Of a DNA stretch of 64,000 nucleotides, positions 28,088-40,088 are shown one piece after another. The translations under genes and the position numbers were made by a program. The stretch comes from an uncultured Bacteroidales bacterium (lineage in GTDB: Bacteria > Bacteroidota > Bacteroidia > Bacteroidales > VadinHA17). The stretch spans positions 1,255 through 65,254 of the forward strand of contig CAVTSB010000003.1 in NCBI GenBank assembly GCA_963737255.1, given 5' to 3'. The first letter of the stretch is position 1, and the number at the start of each line of letters is the position of its first letter. The notes beneath the pieces were generated by a model. The model was not told where the DNA came from and made no database searches. It saw nothing but the letters and a program-made list of their open reading frames with translations.

Positions 28088-28600
28088 TCAGAGAAGCCCC
28101 CCTTTCTGATATATTTCAAACTGGACTTCGGAAAATGGATCAGCTGCGACATTTTTATTATTTGCCTGATTTTCAATTTTTCCGTGTTATCAAATTGATA
28201 CTGTACCCGATCTCCATCAGATATTCCGAGATCTCCGATATTTTTGCACGTAATGACCGGGAAGGCTGCATTTATTGCATTTCTCTCATAAATTGCCCCG
28301 AACGATTCTGCAACAATAGCCTGAATACCAAGTGAAATAAAACAATCAACTGCCTGCTGGCGTGAACTTCCTGATCCGAAATTCTTTCCCGCAAAAACAA
28401 TATCACCCGGATGTGCTTTTTTTGCAAAATCCTCATACCCTTTAAGGTTATCGAATGTGTATTGCCCCATTTCCCTGATATCGGTTATTGCCAGGTACCT
28501 GTTATGAAAGATCATATCAGTATCGATATTGTCCTTTCTGACAAACCAGATCCGTCCTTCAATTATCTCAGGCTTCTTGTTTTCTACAGTAATCGGAACT
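28088..28600 (-). pseudogene. aconitase-family small subunit (LeuD-like), pair 2, frameshifted near both ends
   Basis: GDIVFAGKNFGSGSSRQQA is present. The family-like C-terminus PFSEVQFEIYQKGGLL* lies in another frame, and the N-terminal IEGRIWFVRKDNIDTDMIF lacks an in-frame ATG. Confidence 0.7.
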
Positions 28601-28619
28601 CTCCCGGCATTCCTGCCCT

Positions 28620-29901
28620 TTACCGGATTATGGCTGACCCGAATACAGCAGGTTTATCCGGGATCCTGTCGGGTGTTGTAATAAATCCTGCAATTGCAGA
28701 GGCAGCAACAATTTCGGGTGATGCCAGATAAACGCTTCCCTTTCCCTGTTTGCCCGGAAAGTTCCTGTTTCCGGTGCTGATTGTAACCTCACCCTGTCCG
28801 TTCTGCCCAACCTGACCTGCTGCACATCCTGCACAGCCGGCATTTGAAACAAGGGCTCCTGAATTCTTGAAATATCGAAATCAGGCCCTTTTCAAGGCAG
28901 CTTTTCCATATCCGGTCAGTTGCCGGCACAATTTTAAGAACAACTCCCGGAGCAACCTTTCTTCCCTTCAGTATCCGTGCAGTTTTCAGCATATCCTCCA
29001 TCCTTCCGTTTGTGCAGCTGCCGATGAAAGCGGAGTCAATCTTCATTCCGTACAAATCCCCTGCGTAAACTGTATCATGAGGTTCTCCCGGTCGGGAAAC
29101 CATAGGCCTGAAATCGTGAAACATCAATGTCGAAAGTTTTGGAATACCAGGCATCAGTATCAGCATATACAGGATCAAAGCCTTCATCTGACCGGGATGA
29201 ACAATATTCAATAATTTCTTCTGAAGGAGGAAACAGAATTATTATTGCACCCATTTCTGTTGCCATTGATGAAATTGTTATCCTCTCGTCAAGAGTCAGA
29301 TTTTCAGATGCTTCTCCATAAATTTCAACTGAGTAGCCAAGGAGAGAATTGGCTCCGAACACACTAGCAGGTTCAGAACAATATCCTTTGCACTGATATT
29401 CGCAGAAATTCCCCGGTAAGTTTAATTTTACTGATTCCGGGATTTTGAACCATATTTTGCCCTTGTTCCATGCCGAGCGATATCCATATCGCCCATTCCC
29501 TGTCCGAATGCACCGATTGCTCCAAGAATATTTGCATGCGAATCGGTAGAAACTGCAGTTGAACCGGGATAGACAATCCCCTCTTCAATAAGTATATGAG
29601 TTCCGATACCTGCATCAATATCATAAACTTTTATTCCGTTCTCACGTGCAAAGAGGCTGCAGATATGCTGGTTTACAGCATATTTCTGATCAGAGCCCGT
29701 AGGATTGCAGTCGAATGTGAAAAATGTTTTCTCCGGATTTTCGATCTCAAGTCCAAAATCCCTTATATTCCTGACAACATTTGCTCCCCCGAAATCGCGG
29801 GCAACCCTTGCATCTATTTCTATATCCACAATATCACCCGGCTTAAGTATATCATATTTTGAATGAAGAGCCAGTATCTTCTCAATCATGGTCATTGCCA
29901 T
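28620..29901 (-). pseudogene. aconitase-family large subunit, pair 2, at least 6 frameshifts
   Basis: The start MAMTMIEKIL is at 29901. Motifs VSTDSHANILGAIG, ISAKDIVLNLL, FIGSCTNGRMEDM, GCAGCAAGQVG and ISTGNRNFPGKQGKGSVYLASPE are scattered over three frames. Confidence 0.8.
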
Positions 29902-29950
29902 ATGCTCAAAATGTTTAATAATTGCGAAGATAATAAATATTTTGCAGAGA

Positions 29951-30805
29951 CTATTTAAATTGTGCCCTGTAATCTCTGGGGGAAAGACCTTCGGTTTTCC
30001 GGAATTGTTTATTAAAGTTGGAAATGCTCGAAAATCCGCATTCAGAGGCGATTTCATTAACCTGGTACTCGGTTTCACGAAGAAGGTAACAGGCTTTGTT
30101 CATCCTCACCCTGTTAAGATATTCGACAAATCCGGCGCCGCAGTTCTTTTTAAAGTACCTGCTGAATGAAAATGGACTCATATGGGCTACCTGTGAAACC
30201 TTTTCGAGAGTTATACGGTTTGTGAATAATTTTCCCTTATGATAATTATAAACATCAGTCATTTTTTTATTTCCTCTTTCATCAAATGCCTGTTTATAAT
30301 TTTCTGAGCAAAATAGATCTCTTTTGTCGGAGGCGGAAATCAATTTGATAGATCTTGAAAAAAACTAATCATTTTTTCAATTCCCTTATTGTGAACCATG
30401 TTTACGAGGTAAGGTTCAGCTTTTCTGCATCATCGACAGAAAATGCAATTCCCCTTTCCGAATCAATAAGCAGCTCTTTAACAGAATGAAGTTCGTGCTG
30501 TGACAGCAGTGCTTCACCAAGTGATGATAGCTTAAAATGAAGCAAAATGCTCCTGGCTCTTCCGGAGCATGAAGAACCATTCCTGTAATAGTTCCAGCAA
30601 TGCGGAATATTACCACCAATAAGCACAAGATCATAATTATCGAAGATCTCAACACTGTCTCCGACAATTCGTGTTCCGTTGCTTTTGGTGTTAAGTACAA
30701 TCTCATATTCAGGATGAAAATGCCAGAACCCGTTGGTTCTGAAATATATTCAGCCCTGAATCCACCACTGTCGTCATAAGTTATCTTTTCAAGTTCAGCA
30801 ACCAT
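29951..30805 (-). pseudogene. AraC family transcriptional regulator (cupin-like N-terminus plus HTH), frameshifted
   Basis: The C-terminal HTH reads ITLEKVSQVAHMSPFSFSRYFKK...GFSSISNFNKQFRK. The N-terminal half is split between ORFs 30416..30805 and 30402..30626. Confidence 0.75.
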
Positions 30806-30967
30806 AATAATCAGTTATTAATGTGAGGAAAATGAGGATTTTTATCAAATTTAATCAATAGTTGGTCGTATATCAACAAATAATTAATTCACTAATTATT
30901 TTTTAGTTTATTATTTTGATTATTAATTTTATTATTATTAAATTTGTTCCTAGCTCATGCTATTGGT

Positions 30968-31167
30968 ATAAGAGGAGAGAGCAAGGGTTGAGAGTGGAAA
31001 TCATCAGGATTGTATTGCAGACATTGACTTTCACATCTGGAACCTGAGGATTAGCGCCAGCTTACCATGGTTCCGTCCTTTTATCAGACAGTAGACACGG
31101 GAATTATCTCACTAATAAAGCCCGCTCCCTGATTTTCACAACAACCCTTTCTCCTCTTATTTTTTTT
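30968..31167 (+). other. 193-nt element closed by a long imperfect inverted repeat and followed by a T8 run (candidate sRNA or MITE)
   Basis: Pairing is 30968-30980 with 31148-31160 (13 bp), 30985-30990 with 31142-31147, and 30994-31003 with 31130-31139. TTTTTTTT follows at 31160-31167. Confidence 0.35.
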
Positions 31168-31324
31168 GGCAATACTTCAATAATTTCAGTCTCAATTTTT
31201 ATCTTTAATTCATGTTCATCGAATTAAAATCGTTATCTTTGATTTAAAGGAACTCGGTGGAAAGAGATTTTAGTTCCCGAAAACGGAGGGGAAATGAAGA
31301 CATATATCAGAAGAAGGGAAAAGA

Positions 31325-32008
31325 ATGATGATCTTGATCGTGCTTTACGGGGGTTGGGGCACTGATGAGAATGTGTTCACTCCCCTTTGCACCGATGATT
31401 TTGATTTTATTCTTTTTTATAACTATTCGGCCGACGAAGCTCTTCTGCTTCCCGAAACAAAAACATACAAGTCAATTACTCTTATCGGCTGGTCACTGGG
31501 TGTCTGGGCAGCAGAATATCTTTCACCCAGGACAGGAATAAAGCCCGATCTTACAATAGCAGTTAACGGAACACCTGTACCGGCCGATGACCATTATGGA
31601 ATTCCGCTGAACATATTTGAAGGAACACTCAATAATATCACTGAGAAGCATATGGAGAAATTCTACCTCAGGATGTTTGGAGACAAGAAGACCTATTTCC
31701 GAAATTCAGACAGGATCCCTCACAGGACCATTAAATCGCTGCATGATGAACTGAGATGGCTCTACAACCGGATAATGGAACAGAAAGAGCCCGGATTCAG
31801 ATGGGATTATGCCGTCACAAGCGAAATCGACAGGGTATTTCCGGCTAAAAACCTGAATGATTATTGGGAAAAGGAAACAGAAACAAAACATATTGTGTTG
31901 CCACTCCCCCACTATTTCTTTCATGAATGGCAGTCTTTCAATAAATTTACAGATTTTGTCAGGGGTTTTGATGAATCAGGTAAGGCTGAAAAAGGGACCG
32001 TAAAGTAA
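31325..32008 (+). CDS. bioG: DUF452 family pimeloyl-ACP methyl ester esterase (BioG-like)
   Basis: LIVLYGGWGTDENVF, LIGWSLGVW and NGTPVPADDHYGIPLNIFEGTLNN match the BioG/DUF452 pattern. Confidence 0.6.
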   Translation: MMILIVLYGGWGTDENVFTPLCTDDFDFILFYNYSADEALLLPETKTYKSITLIGWSLGVWAAEYLSPRTGIKPDLTIAVNGTPVPADDHYGIPLNIFEGTLNNITEKHMEKFYLRMFGDKKTYFRNSDRIPHRTIKSLHDELRWLYNRIMEQKEPGFRWDYAVTSEIDRVFPAKNLNDYWEKETETKHIVLPLPHYFFHEWQSFNKFTDFVRGFDESGKAEKGTVK

Positions 32009-32057
32009 GGATTTACTATATCAGGTACAGGATCAGAAAAGTGCCTGTCAGCATTTT

Positions 32058-33395
32058 TCAGAGGTCTTTTACCAGTATGTTGGAGTCAGACTTGGAGACC
32101 AGTTTGTCAAATTTCTCAAGCATTCCCGTTACCTTTTCGTATTCCTTGCTTTTTGCAAATATCTGATTCGGGTACCCTTCTTGTCAAGCTTGTTCAGGAT
32201 ATAACTTACGGACAGTTTATTGATATCCATTGCAGGCTGGATACAATCTTTCTTCATGTTCATTTTCGTGAATCACCGAAACCAGTTCCACATTGTTTAG
32301 GTCCTGAAGTATGTCAGTGACCAGTCTGACAGGAATCTTGAGGCTTTTGGCGATGGTTTCGGCACTGATTGGTTTTTCTCCTTCTGAGAAATTCCTTACC
32401 AGTTTGTTCATTATCATAAGGACAAGGGCTCTCTTCTGGAAATGGCTTACGTTAAGTGCATCAGATTCAAATTCATACCTCGAAAGGTTCTGGTTCGCAA
32501 ATGAAAGCTCTGCTCCCAGAAGAAGAATGATCCAGCTGGCCTGGACCCATAATATGAAAAGGGGAATTGCTGCAAAGCTTCCGTAAATCGCATTAAGCTT
32601 TGTAATACCAAACTGAAGGTCAATATATAGCCATTGCAGGAGCTGAAGAATCGTACCGGCAATAATTCCTGCTACCAGTGCAGGCATGAATTTTACCCTG
32701 GTATTAGGCATTATCATAAACAGAAGGGCAAGTGCCATCCATGTCAACAGGTACGGTGCAAATTTCACAAGAAAGCTCACGACAGGCTTGAAGAAATCAA
32801 GAATTGCTGCCCGTGAGATAAAATTAGAGAGTTCTGTGCCAACAAACACTGTTATACTGCTCGACAGGATCAGAAGCACGGGGCCAATCAGCATTATTGT
32901 AAGATAGTCGGTAAATTTACGATACCATGGCCGCGGAATCCTGATCTGCCATATATGATTGAAAGAACTCTCTATCTGATCGAGAAGTGACATAACGGAC
33001 CAGAAAAGGATAATTACACCGATACCGGCAATATAACCACCCCTTGTCTCCTGAAGTGCATTCCTCGAAACATTCAGCATCCAGTTCAGCACTTCAGGCT
33101 GCGTCTTAAATTCCTTTGTCACAATTTCTTCAAGATTCAGGTCGAGACCAAAGCCCTTGGCAATTGCAAAGGCAATTGCTACAATCGGAATGACTGACAG
33201 GAGGGTGTAAAATGTCAGGGCGGAAGCCCTGAGAGTTACTCTGTCGTTCAGAAATCCGCGGGCTGCAGCTACAATTATGCGTGACTGTTTTATCAAAAAC
33301 GACTTGCGCTTCGACAGGTCAGAAAGTGAAGTATGCCAGATGATATCATTTAAGGATCTGGCTTTTTCAAGTACCCAGGAAACAGGATTTGCCAT
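32058..33395 (-). CDS. YihY/BrkB family membrane protein, C-terminal frameshift as assembled
   Basis: TLRASALTFYTLLSVIPIVAI and YGSFAAIPLFILWVQASWIILLLGAE are present. The C-terminal tail continues in another frame (PAMDINKLSVSYILNKL...) down to a stop at 32058. Confidence 0.75.
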
Positions 33396-33572
33396 AACTC
33401 TTATTTAAAAGCTCTCAGGCGCAAAGATACGAAATACCTCAGGGTGTATAAACGGATAATCCGATTATTTATTGATTGATACGAGCTTGAATCATTCAGA
33501 GCAACAGACCGTGTAGTTTTTTTCATATCCCGGATTAAAATAATTGCTAATTTTCACCCTAATCTGCCGTAA

Positions 33573-34264
33573 ATGAAAATCGAGATCCTGGAATTTGTTG
33601 ACGGGGCAAAACAGGCAAAAGGCCTGACCGTAATAATTGATGTATTCAGGGCTTTTTCAGTTGAGTGCTATGCCTATTATGCAGGAGCGGCAAGGATGAT
33701 AGCGACGGGTGAGACGGGTGAGGCATTGAGGCTGAAGAAAGATTACAGGAATGCAGTCCTGGCCGGGGAAAGGCATGAAAAAAAGGTTCAGGGATTTGAC
33801 CTTGGAAACAGTCCGACGGAGATACTTAAGTCTGATCTTACCGGCAAAACGATGGTGCATTCAACAACCGCCGGTACAAACGGACTGGTAAGTGCCGCAG
33901 GAGCTGATATTCTGCTTGCTGCGAGCCTTGTTAATGCATCGGCAACTGCACGTTACATAAGGAGTATAAATCCCGGCCTCCTGTCCCTTGTAGCGATGGG
34001 TTACCGGGCAAAGGAACCGGCCCTGGAGGATCTCCTGTGTGCCGAATACATTAAATCGCTTTTGACAGGTCAGGAAAATCGTTTGAAAAGGAAATATCGG
34101 ATCTGAAAAACAGCTCCGGGAAAAGGTTTTTTAATCCTGCAAACCTTGGCTTCTCCCCTCCTACCGATTTCTTTCTCTGCACCATGACCGACAGGTTCGG
34201 ATTTGTGCTCAAGGCAGAAAGAAGGCTTGACGGGAATATTGATATTGAAAGGATCGATGTCTAA
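33573..34264 (+). CDS. comB: 2-phosphosulfolactate phosphatase family protein (ComB-like), one frameshift as assembled
   Basis: IIDVFRAFS and LAGERHEKKVQGFDLGNSP are present. The C-terminal 60 aa continue in another frame after about 34085. Confidence 0.6.
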
Positions 34265-35216
34265 ATCGTATCAGGCGGTATATTGAACATCGGAAGGATC
34301 TTTCTCCTCCTGTGAATTTCGCGGTATGTGCAAAACATACTGATTTTGTAAAACCTGAATAACTCAAGGGATACCTTTGATGAATCAAGTTTTATCTCCA
34401 TTTTGTCCCTGAACCTTATAAACAGACCTGCCATAATCCTGGTAAGATGAAAAAACCTCAGGAACCTGTATATCCGCAATAAGCCCACAATTGAAGAAAA
34501 GGTCTTCTTATCGGTCACATTATCGTATAGCTTGCTGAGATTTTCAATGCTGTATTTAGTTTTTACAAGGTACTCTTTGTTCGTTTCAAGGCCTTCATGA
34601 ACCAGTCCGTTATCGATATGAAGCATATTTATCCCTGCTTTTTTCAGCTGGTAGCCAAAAAGCGTGTCTTCGAAGCCGTATTGTTTAAGTTCCTCGTAAA
34701 ATCTGAACTTTGAGAAGATTGTCTTGTCAATAAGCACATTGAATGTTGAAAACCTGGAATAAGGATGTTTATTCCTCTTTCTGCCTTTCTCTGTTCCATT
34801 TTCCTGCCATATTTCCATCTGAGGATCTTGTCAGGATCGCCCGGAGGCGTATGAGCTGTATATTATCCCCCCGCATATCACCCTTGCCGATCGACGTAAT
34901 CAAGCCACTTCTGAAGGAATGTCTCGGCAGTACCCGGAATCATTGCGTCGGCATCAATAAACAGCAGGTAATCACCCTTTGCTTCGAGAATAAGACGGTT
35001 CCTTATTGCTGCCCTGCCTATATTCTTTTCTGACACAATAACCTTGACCTTATCGTCAGCAAGCGACAGATATTTTTTCCTGTAATCTTCAGACGATCCG
35101 TCATCACCGATTATTATTTCACAGAATTCCCTTACCTTTTCCATTCCGTTGCTCATGCTGTGGACCAGGGCGACAATATCAAAATCATTGACCGGAATCA
35201 GGATCGAAATCTTCAT
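34261..35216 (-). CDS. family 2 glycosyltransferase, one frameshift as assembled
   Basis: The N-terminal piece 34878..35216 reads MKISILIPV...IIIGDDGSSEDY...LLFIDADA. The C-terminal piece is 34261..34818. Confidence 0.7.
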
Positions 35217-35337
35217 TTACCGGAATTTCAGGTTTAAGGTTATCAAATGTACAATTTATTTTCAATATTCCGAAAACACTGCTTTGGCAAAGAAATTGCA
35301 ATGACTATTTTTGCTTTTGCTAATTAGCTTAAAAAAA

Positions 35338-36758
35338 ATGAAAAAAACATTATTTTTCGTGATCCTCATTGCCGCATCGCTGGTTTTAACAGTCAGATAA
35401 AAAAGGGTTATGAAATTGCCGTTAGTATCTCAGGTCTTCAGGATTCAACAATTTATCTTGCTTATCATCTTGGCGACAAGCAATATATCAAGGATACCAT
35501 TAAACTTGACAAAAAAGGATATGGAATCTTCAGAGGCCCTGAAAGCCTGCCGCAGGGTATTTATATGGTAGTGCTCCCGGGCAGGCAATACTTCGAAATA
35601 CTGATGCCGGATGATCAGTTCTTTTCAGCATCATGCTCATTTCCTGATTATTTTAATACATTGAAGTTTTCCGGATCAGATGAAAATACTTCCTTTGTTG
35701 CTTACCAGAAGAAATGGGTCGAAATGCAGAAGAAGGCTTCGGCTATAGTTAAAAGGCTTCAGAATAACAAACAGAATCCTGATTCCCTAAAAATCCTCTC
35801 CCAGAACCAGAAAGAGCAGGAAGAATCGATGAAATCATATCTCCGGGGTGTCATAAGCGAAAACAAGGGGAATCTTCTTTCGGTACTTGTCAGGGCAATG
35901 CTTCCTGTGGAAGCCCCGGAAATCAAAGTCCCTGCAGTAATCACGAATCCTGATTCAGTAAAGTGGATACGCACTTATCTTTATAACAAGGATCACTTCT
36001 TTGACAATATCGACCTGACTGATGAAAGGCTTCTCCGGACTCCTATTCTGCAGGCCAGGCTGAATGCCTTCTTTACAAATGTTGTAATCCAGTCGCCTGA
36101 TTCCATTAACAAGGAGATTGACAGGATAGTAAAGAAAGTAAGCAAAAACCATACTATATTTCAGTTTATTTCTGTTTATCTTTTCAATCATTTCAGGGAA
36201 AGCGAAATAATGGGACATGATGCCGTGGTTGTCAAACTTGCTGATGATATCTATCTGTCGGGGAAAGCCGACTGGGTTTCGGATGAATTCAAAGATGATC
36301 TCAAAAAACAGGTCGATCTGATTCGCCCAAACCTGATCGGGAAAAAGGCTCAGAATCTTATAATGGACTCATACAAAGGGATTTTTGTTTCACTGTATGA
36401 TGTTGAAAAGGATTTTACAATTCTCTATTTCTGGGAACCTGACTGCGGCCATTGCAAGGAGGCCACTCCAAAACTGAAAGCTTACTACGATAAGGCTAAA
36501 AATGAAGGAGTTGAAGTATTCTCAGTGTGCACAACATCTGACCGGGACAAATGGGAGAAATATATTTCAGAGAACAAACTTACATGGATCAACGGGTGGG
36601 ACCCGGAAAGAAGGACCAATTTCGGTTATTATTACAATGTCCAGAGCACTCCCATGATTTATATCCTTGACAGGAACAAAACCATTATTGCCAAGAAGAT
36701 CGGAGTGGATGATATTCAGTCATTCATCGATAATTACAGGAAATACTTCAGGAATTAA
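35338..36758 (+). CDS. TlpA-like thioredoxin-fold (redoxin) protein, one frameshift as assembled
   Basis: The signal peptide MKKTLFFVILIAASLVL from the ATG at 35338 is separated from the main ORF by a slip at the A6 run 35399-35404. The active site is WEPDCGHCKE. Confidence 0.7.
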
Positions 36759-37770
36759 CCGTATTGGTTCTGATCCAGTTTATCAGGTCATAAATATTTT
36801 CAAACTCGGCCGTATGGCCGGGGATATTACATTTCCACCCGGAATCAGGACCGGATCTCACTTCAACCGAAATATCCGATGATTTAGATTCCGAAACTGA
36901 ATATCCTGCTCTTGTTATGGCTTTCTCCGTCCAATATTTGAAATCTCCATCCCCTGACACAGTAATGAAACCCCTGGGTTTGCTTCTTAATGAAAAACTT
37001 CCATTCTGAGTGTTAAAGCTGACTTTTGATTCATCGAACAGGTTTTTGAATGATCCGCTGATCATGATATCCTCGGGAGCTCCTTCAAGCAGGCCGTCAT
37101 CGAGCATGAGCCATATCTTGTCGGCCTGGCTGACAGCCATGTAAAAATCATGGGTGGAATAGATGATCGTTTTGTTTCTCTTCCGGGCCAGATCGTGCAT
37201 AAGGTTCATCACTTCATATTTACTGCTGATGTCGAGAAATGCGGTTGGTTCATCCATAACCAGTATCACGGCATCCTGCGCAAGAACCATGGCGATCATT
37301 GCCCTCTGGCGCTCACCGTCGGAAAGCTCAGTCACCGGCCTGTCGATGAATTCACTCATTCCCGTTTTCATAATAGCATCCATAACTGCCTTGTGGCTGG
37401 CTGTGTCAATCCGGCCAAACCAGTCGGTATGCGGAAAGCGTCCGAGGGCGACCAGGTCATAGACTCTCAGGTTACTGACCTTTACTATTTCTGTTGAAAT
37501 ATATCCGACCTTTCCTGACAACTGCATCCTTGAGTATTCATGAATATTCCTGCCATCAATTCTGACCATTCCGCCCAGCAACGGACGAAGGCCGGCTATT
37601 GTACCCAGAAGAGTGCTTTTCCCAATTCCGTTTTTACCTATAACAGCAATCAGTTCGCCTGCAGAGGCTGAAGCATTCAACGGAGGAAGAAGGACTTTCC
37701 TGAATTTCCCGGATTCATACCCGATCTGAAGCGATGAAAAAGATACTATTTCCTTCCTTTTGTCTTTCAT
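36748..37770 (-). CDS. ABC transporter ATP-binding protein (iron-siderophore/B12 type) with C-terminal extension
   Basis: Walker A is GKNGIGKST, the signature is LSDGERQR and Walker B is ILVMDEPTAFLD. Confidence 0.85.
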   Translation of the reverse strand: MKDKRKEIVSFSSLQIGYESGKFRKVLLPPLNASASAGELIAVIGKNGIGKSTLLGTIAGLRPLLGGMVRIDGRNIHEYSRMQLSGKVGYISTEIVKVSNLRVYDLVALGRFPHTDWFGRIDTASHKAVMDAIMKTGMSEFIDRPVTELSDGERQRAMIAMVLAQDAVILVMDEPTAFLDISSKYEVMNLMHDLARKRNKTIIYSTHDFYMAVSQADKIWLMLDDGLLEGAPEDIMISGSFKNLFDESKVSFNTQNGSFSLRSKPRGFITVSGDGDFKYWTEKAITRAGYSVSESKSSDISVEVRSGPDSGWKCNIPGHTAEFENIYDLINWIRTNTVNS

Positions 37771-38836
37771 CAGAAAATATCTGAATACCTGCGGTTTCTA
37801 AGAATGACCCAGATCACAACGGGTATGCCTATCAGGGCTGTAATCGAATTAACAGGCAACACATTATCCGACCACGGCATCTGGGAAATGATGTCACTGA
37901 CAAGCATAATGATCCCGCCTAACAGAATGGTGCCGGGTATCAGTATCTTATGATCAGATGTTCTGAATACTATTCTTGCCAGATGAGGAACTGCAATTCC
38001 GATAAATCCTATCGGTCCGCAAAAGGCCGTTACGGTGCCTGCAAGTATGCTGGTTCCGGTGATCACGATGAAACGGGCAACTTTTACGTTCAGACCGATA
38101 CTCCCGGCGTAATTTTCACCAAGGAGCATTGCGTTCAGCATCTTTACCGATGCCAGGCACAGAATGAGACCGGCAGCCACTGACACCACCATAACATTCA
38201 TTTGTGAGGAGGTCAGGTTGCCAAGGCTGCCCATTGTCCAGATAATATATGACTTCAGCATGGTCTCGTTGCTGAAATACTGCATTATGCTGACGATTGC
38301 AGAAATTCCGCTCGACAGCATAATTCCCAATATCAGGATTGTCATAATGTTTCTGACCCGGGCAGAAATGACCATTATGAGGATCATTACAGAGCCTGCT
38401 CCCACCCAGGCGGCAGCTGCAATAGCCCAGTTCCCGGTAACGCTGACAGCATCGGGTGTCAGATTTGAAGAAAAGCCCAGTATCACAAATGCAACTCCCA
38501 GGCTTGCTCCCGAACTGAGACCAAGGACATAGGGACCTGCCATGGGATTCCTGAATAGAGTTTGCATCTGCAATCCACTTATTGACAGTGCAATACCAAC
38601 TGCCATTGCAGTAATTGCCTTTGGCAGCCTGAACTTTGTAATAATGATATCCGCCATTCCGCCTGAATCGGAAAAAAGCGCTTTAAATACCTCCGAGGTC
38701 TTAACATTACCGAACCAAGCAAAAGATCGAGCAGGAAGAAAAAGATAACCAGCACCATCAAAATCGTAAAGATCAGCTTATAGTTTCTTCCCGGTATATG
38801 AAACTCGATTGCCGGTATGCGTTCGCCTGGTTTCAA
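37770..38836 (-). CDS. FecCD/BtuC family ABC permease, one frameshift as assembled
   Basis: ORFs 38579..38836 and 37770..38657 overlap in different frames. The protein has multiple TM helices and a typical FecCD C-terminus (ALIGIPVVIWVILRN). Confidence 0.8.
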
Positions 38837-38845
38837 GAAACTGGA

Positions 38846-40027
38846 TCAGTTAAGTTTTTTATAAAAGATTAATTCATCTCCCGGAAAAAGTTCAGGATGA
38901 AGGATTGTTGCAATATCTTTTAAAACTATATCAGGATTGATACATCCTCCTTCCCAGTAATCATTTCCGCCATCCGGTTTTCTCCGCTTCGTATTATTAT
39001 AGAGGTTACCCTTTTTGAAACTTTGCAGGTCGGCCAGGCGGGGGTCAATGGAAATGATCTGCGTTTTTGAATCAGCCGTTCCGATGTTAAGCCAGTAATC
39101 GGCATTCAGTGCCTTCATATAAACATTTTCAAGTGCGGTGGGCAGTGAGACTGACGATTCGGTTGTTTGCCAGAGGTAATTTCCCCCGGCATCATTGATC
39201 AGCCGGCTTATATATGAGTTCCCGGGCGATATATACCATGTGTCCTTGAACGGCAGGCCAAGCAGGACATCCGGTCGTTCACCGGCCTTTTCACTCATTA
39301 AATTCCTCAGATCAATGTATTTCTTTTCAGTTTCCCTGAAAATTGAATCGGCCAGGTGCTCCTTGCAGTACAGTGCTCCCAAAAGCTTTATCCATTCAGC
39401 CTTTCCCAGAGGATCGTTTTCAAGATAATCGGCATTGAAAACCACCTTTATCCCAAGTTCTTTCAGCTTTCCGATATAACCTGCCGATTCACTTCCTATG
39501 CCATAGACCATTACCAGATCAGGATCCAGCTTTATGATCAGTTCCTTATTCAGATTATCGTCATACCCTATTTCCCTGATCTCCCCATCCTCAACCAACT
39601 CTCTGAGATCATCCCCATAGATGAACCCTGTTCCTGAAAATCCGGTTACAGATCCTGCTTCATCCAGCGCTGAGATCATTGCAAGATGAGTTGTCGACAT
39701 GCAGATGATATTTCTTACCGGAACCCTTATCACCTCTGATTTGTCAGTTCCTGCCGGAAGATCTTTCCCCTCCTTTACGAGATACCATTTCTGTACAACA
39801 TTGCTTGCACCCTGCCAGGGATTGAATACCGAGACCTGCGAATACCCATGCAATTTTTCTATTTTTAGTCTCTTCGCATACGATATAATGGGCACTTGAG
39901 GAATTTCATGAATATTCCTGACAGTTTTGTTTTTACATGTGCAGGAAAATGGCAAAACTATGATAAACAGAAGGCAGATCTTTAAAAACCTGACAAGAAA
40001 ATCAGTTATTTTCCCGGTAAAAATCAT
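38846..40027 (-). CDS. ABC transporter periplasmic substrate-binding protein (BtuF-like)
   Basis: Its position in the operon fits, and it shows class III binding-protein features (DPDLVMVYG). Confidence 0.7.
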   Translation of the reverse strand: MIFTGKITDFLVRFLKICLLFIIVLPFSCTCKNKTVRNIHEIPQVPIISYAKRLKIEKLHGYSQVSVFNPWQGASNVVQKWYLVKEGKDLPAGTDKSEVIRVPVRNIICMSTTHLAMISALDEAGSVTGFSGTGFIYGDDLRELVEDGEIREIGYDDNLNKELIIKLDPDLVMVYGIGSESAGYIGKLKELGIKVVFNADYLENDPLGKAEWIKLLGALYCKEHLADSIFRETEKKYIDLRNLMSEKAGERPDVLLGLPFKDTWYISPGNSYISRLINDAGGNYLWQTTESSVSLPTALENVYMKALNADYWLNIGTADSKTQIISIDPRLADLQSFKKGNLYNNTKRRKPDGGNDYWEGGCINPDIVLKDIATILHPELFPGDELIFYKKLN

Positions 40028-40088
40028 TCTGTATAAGGATCAGGATTGTTTTTAAAGCAGATTCCGCCCGGAATAATATCAGCCTGCA

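Noticed and set aside
30968-31167. 6S RNA assignment for the 193-nt hairpin element
   Set aside because: The length and closing stem fit, but the central roughly 110 nt do not form the rod with a central bubble that I would expect. I list it only as an unclassified element.
31294-31325. Alternative upstream start (ATG 31294, MKTYIRRREKNDD...) for the BioG-like gene, implying another frameshift
   Set aside because: This is plausible, because BioG proteins often have about 10 extra N-terminal residues, but the frames differ and I cannot show that the slip is real. I kept the in-frame ATG at 31325.
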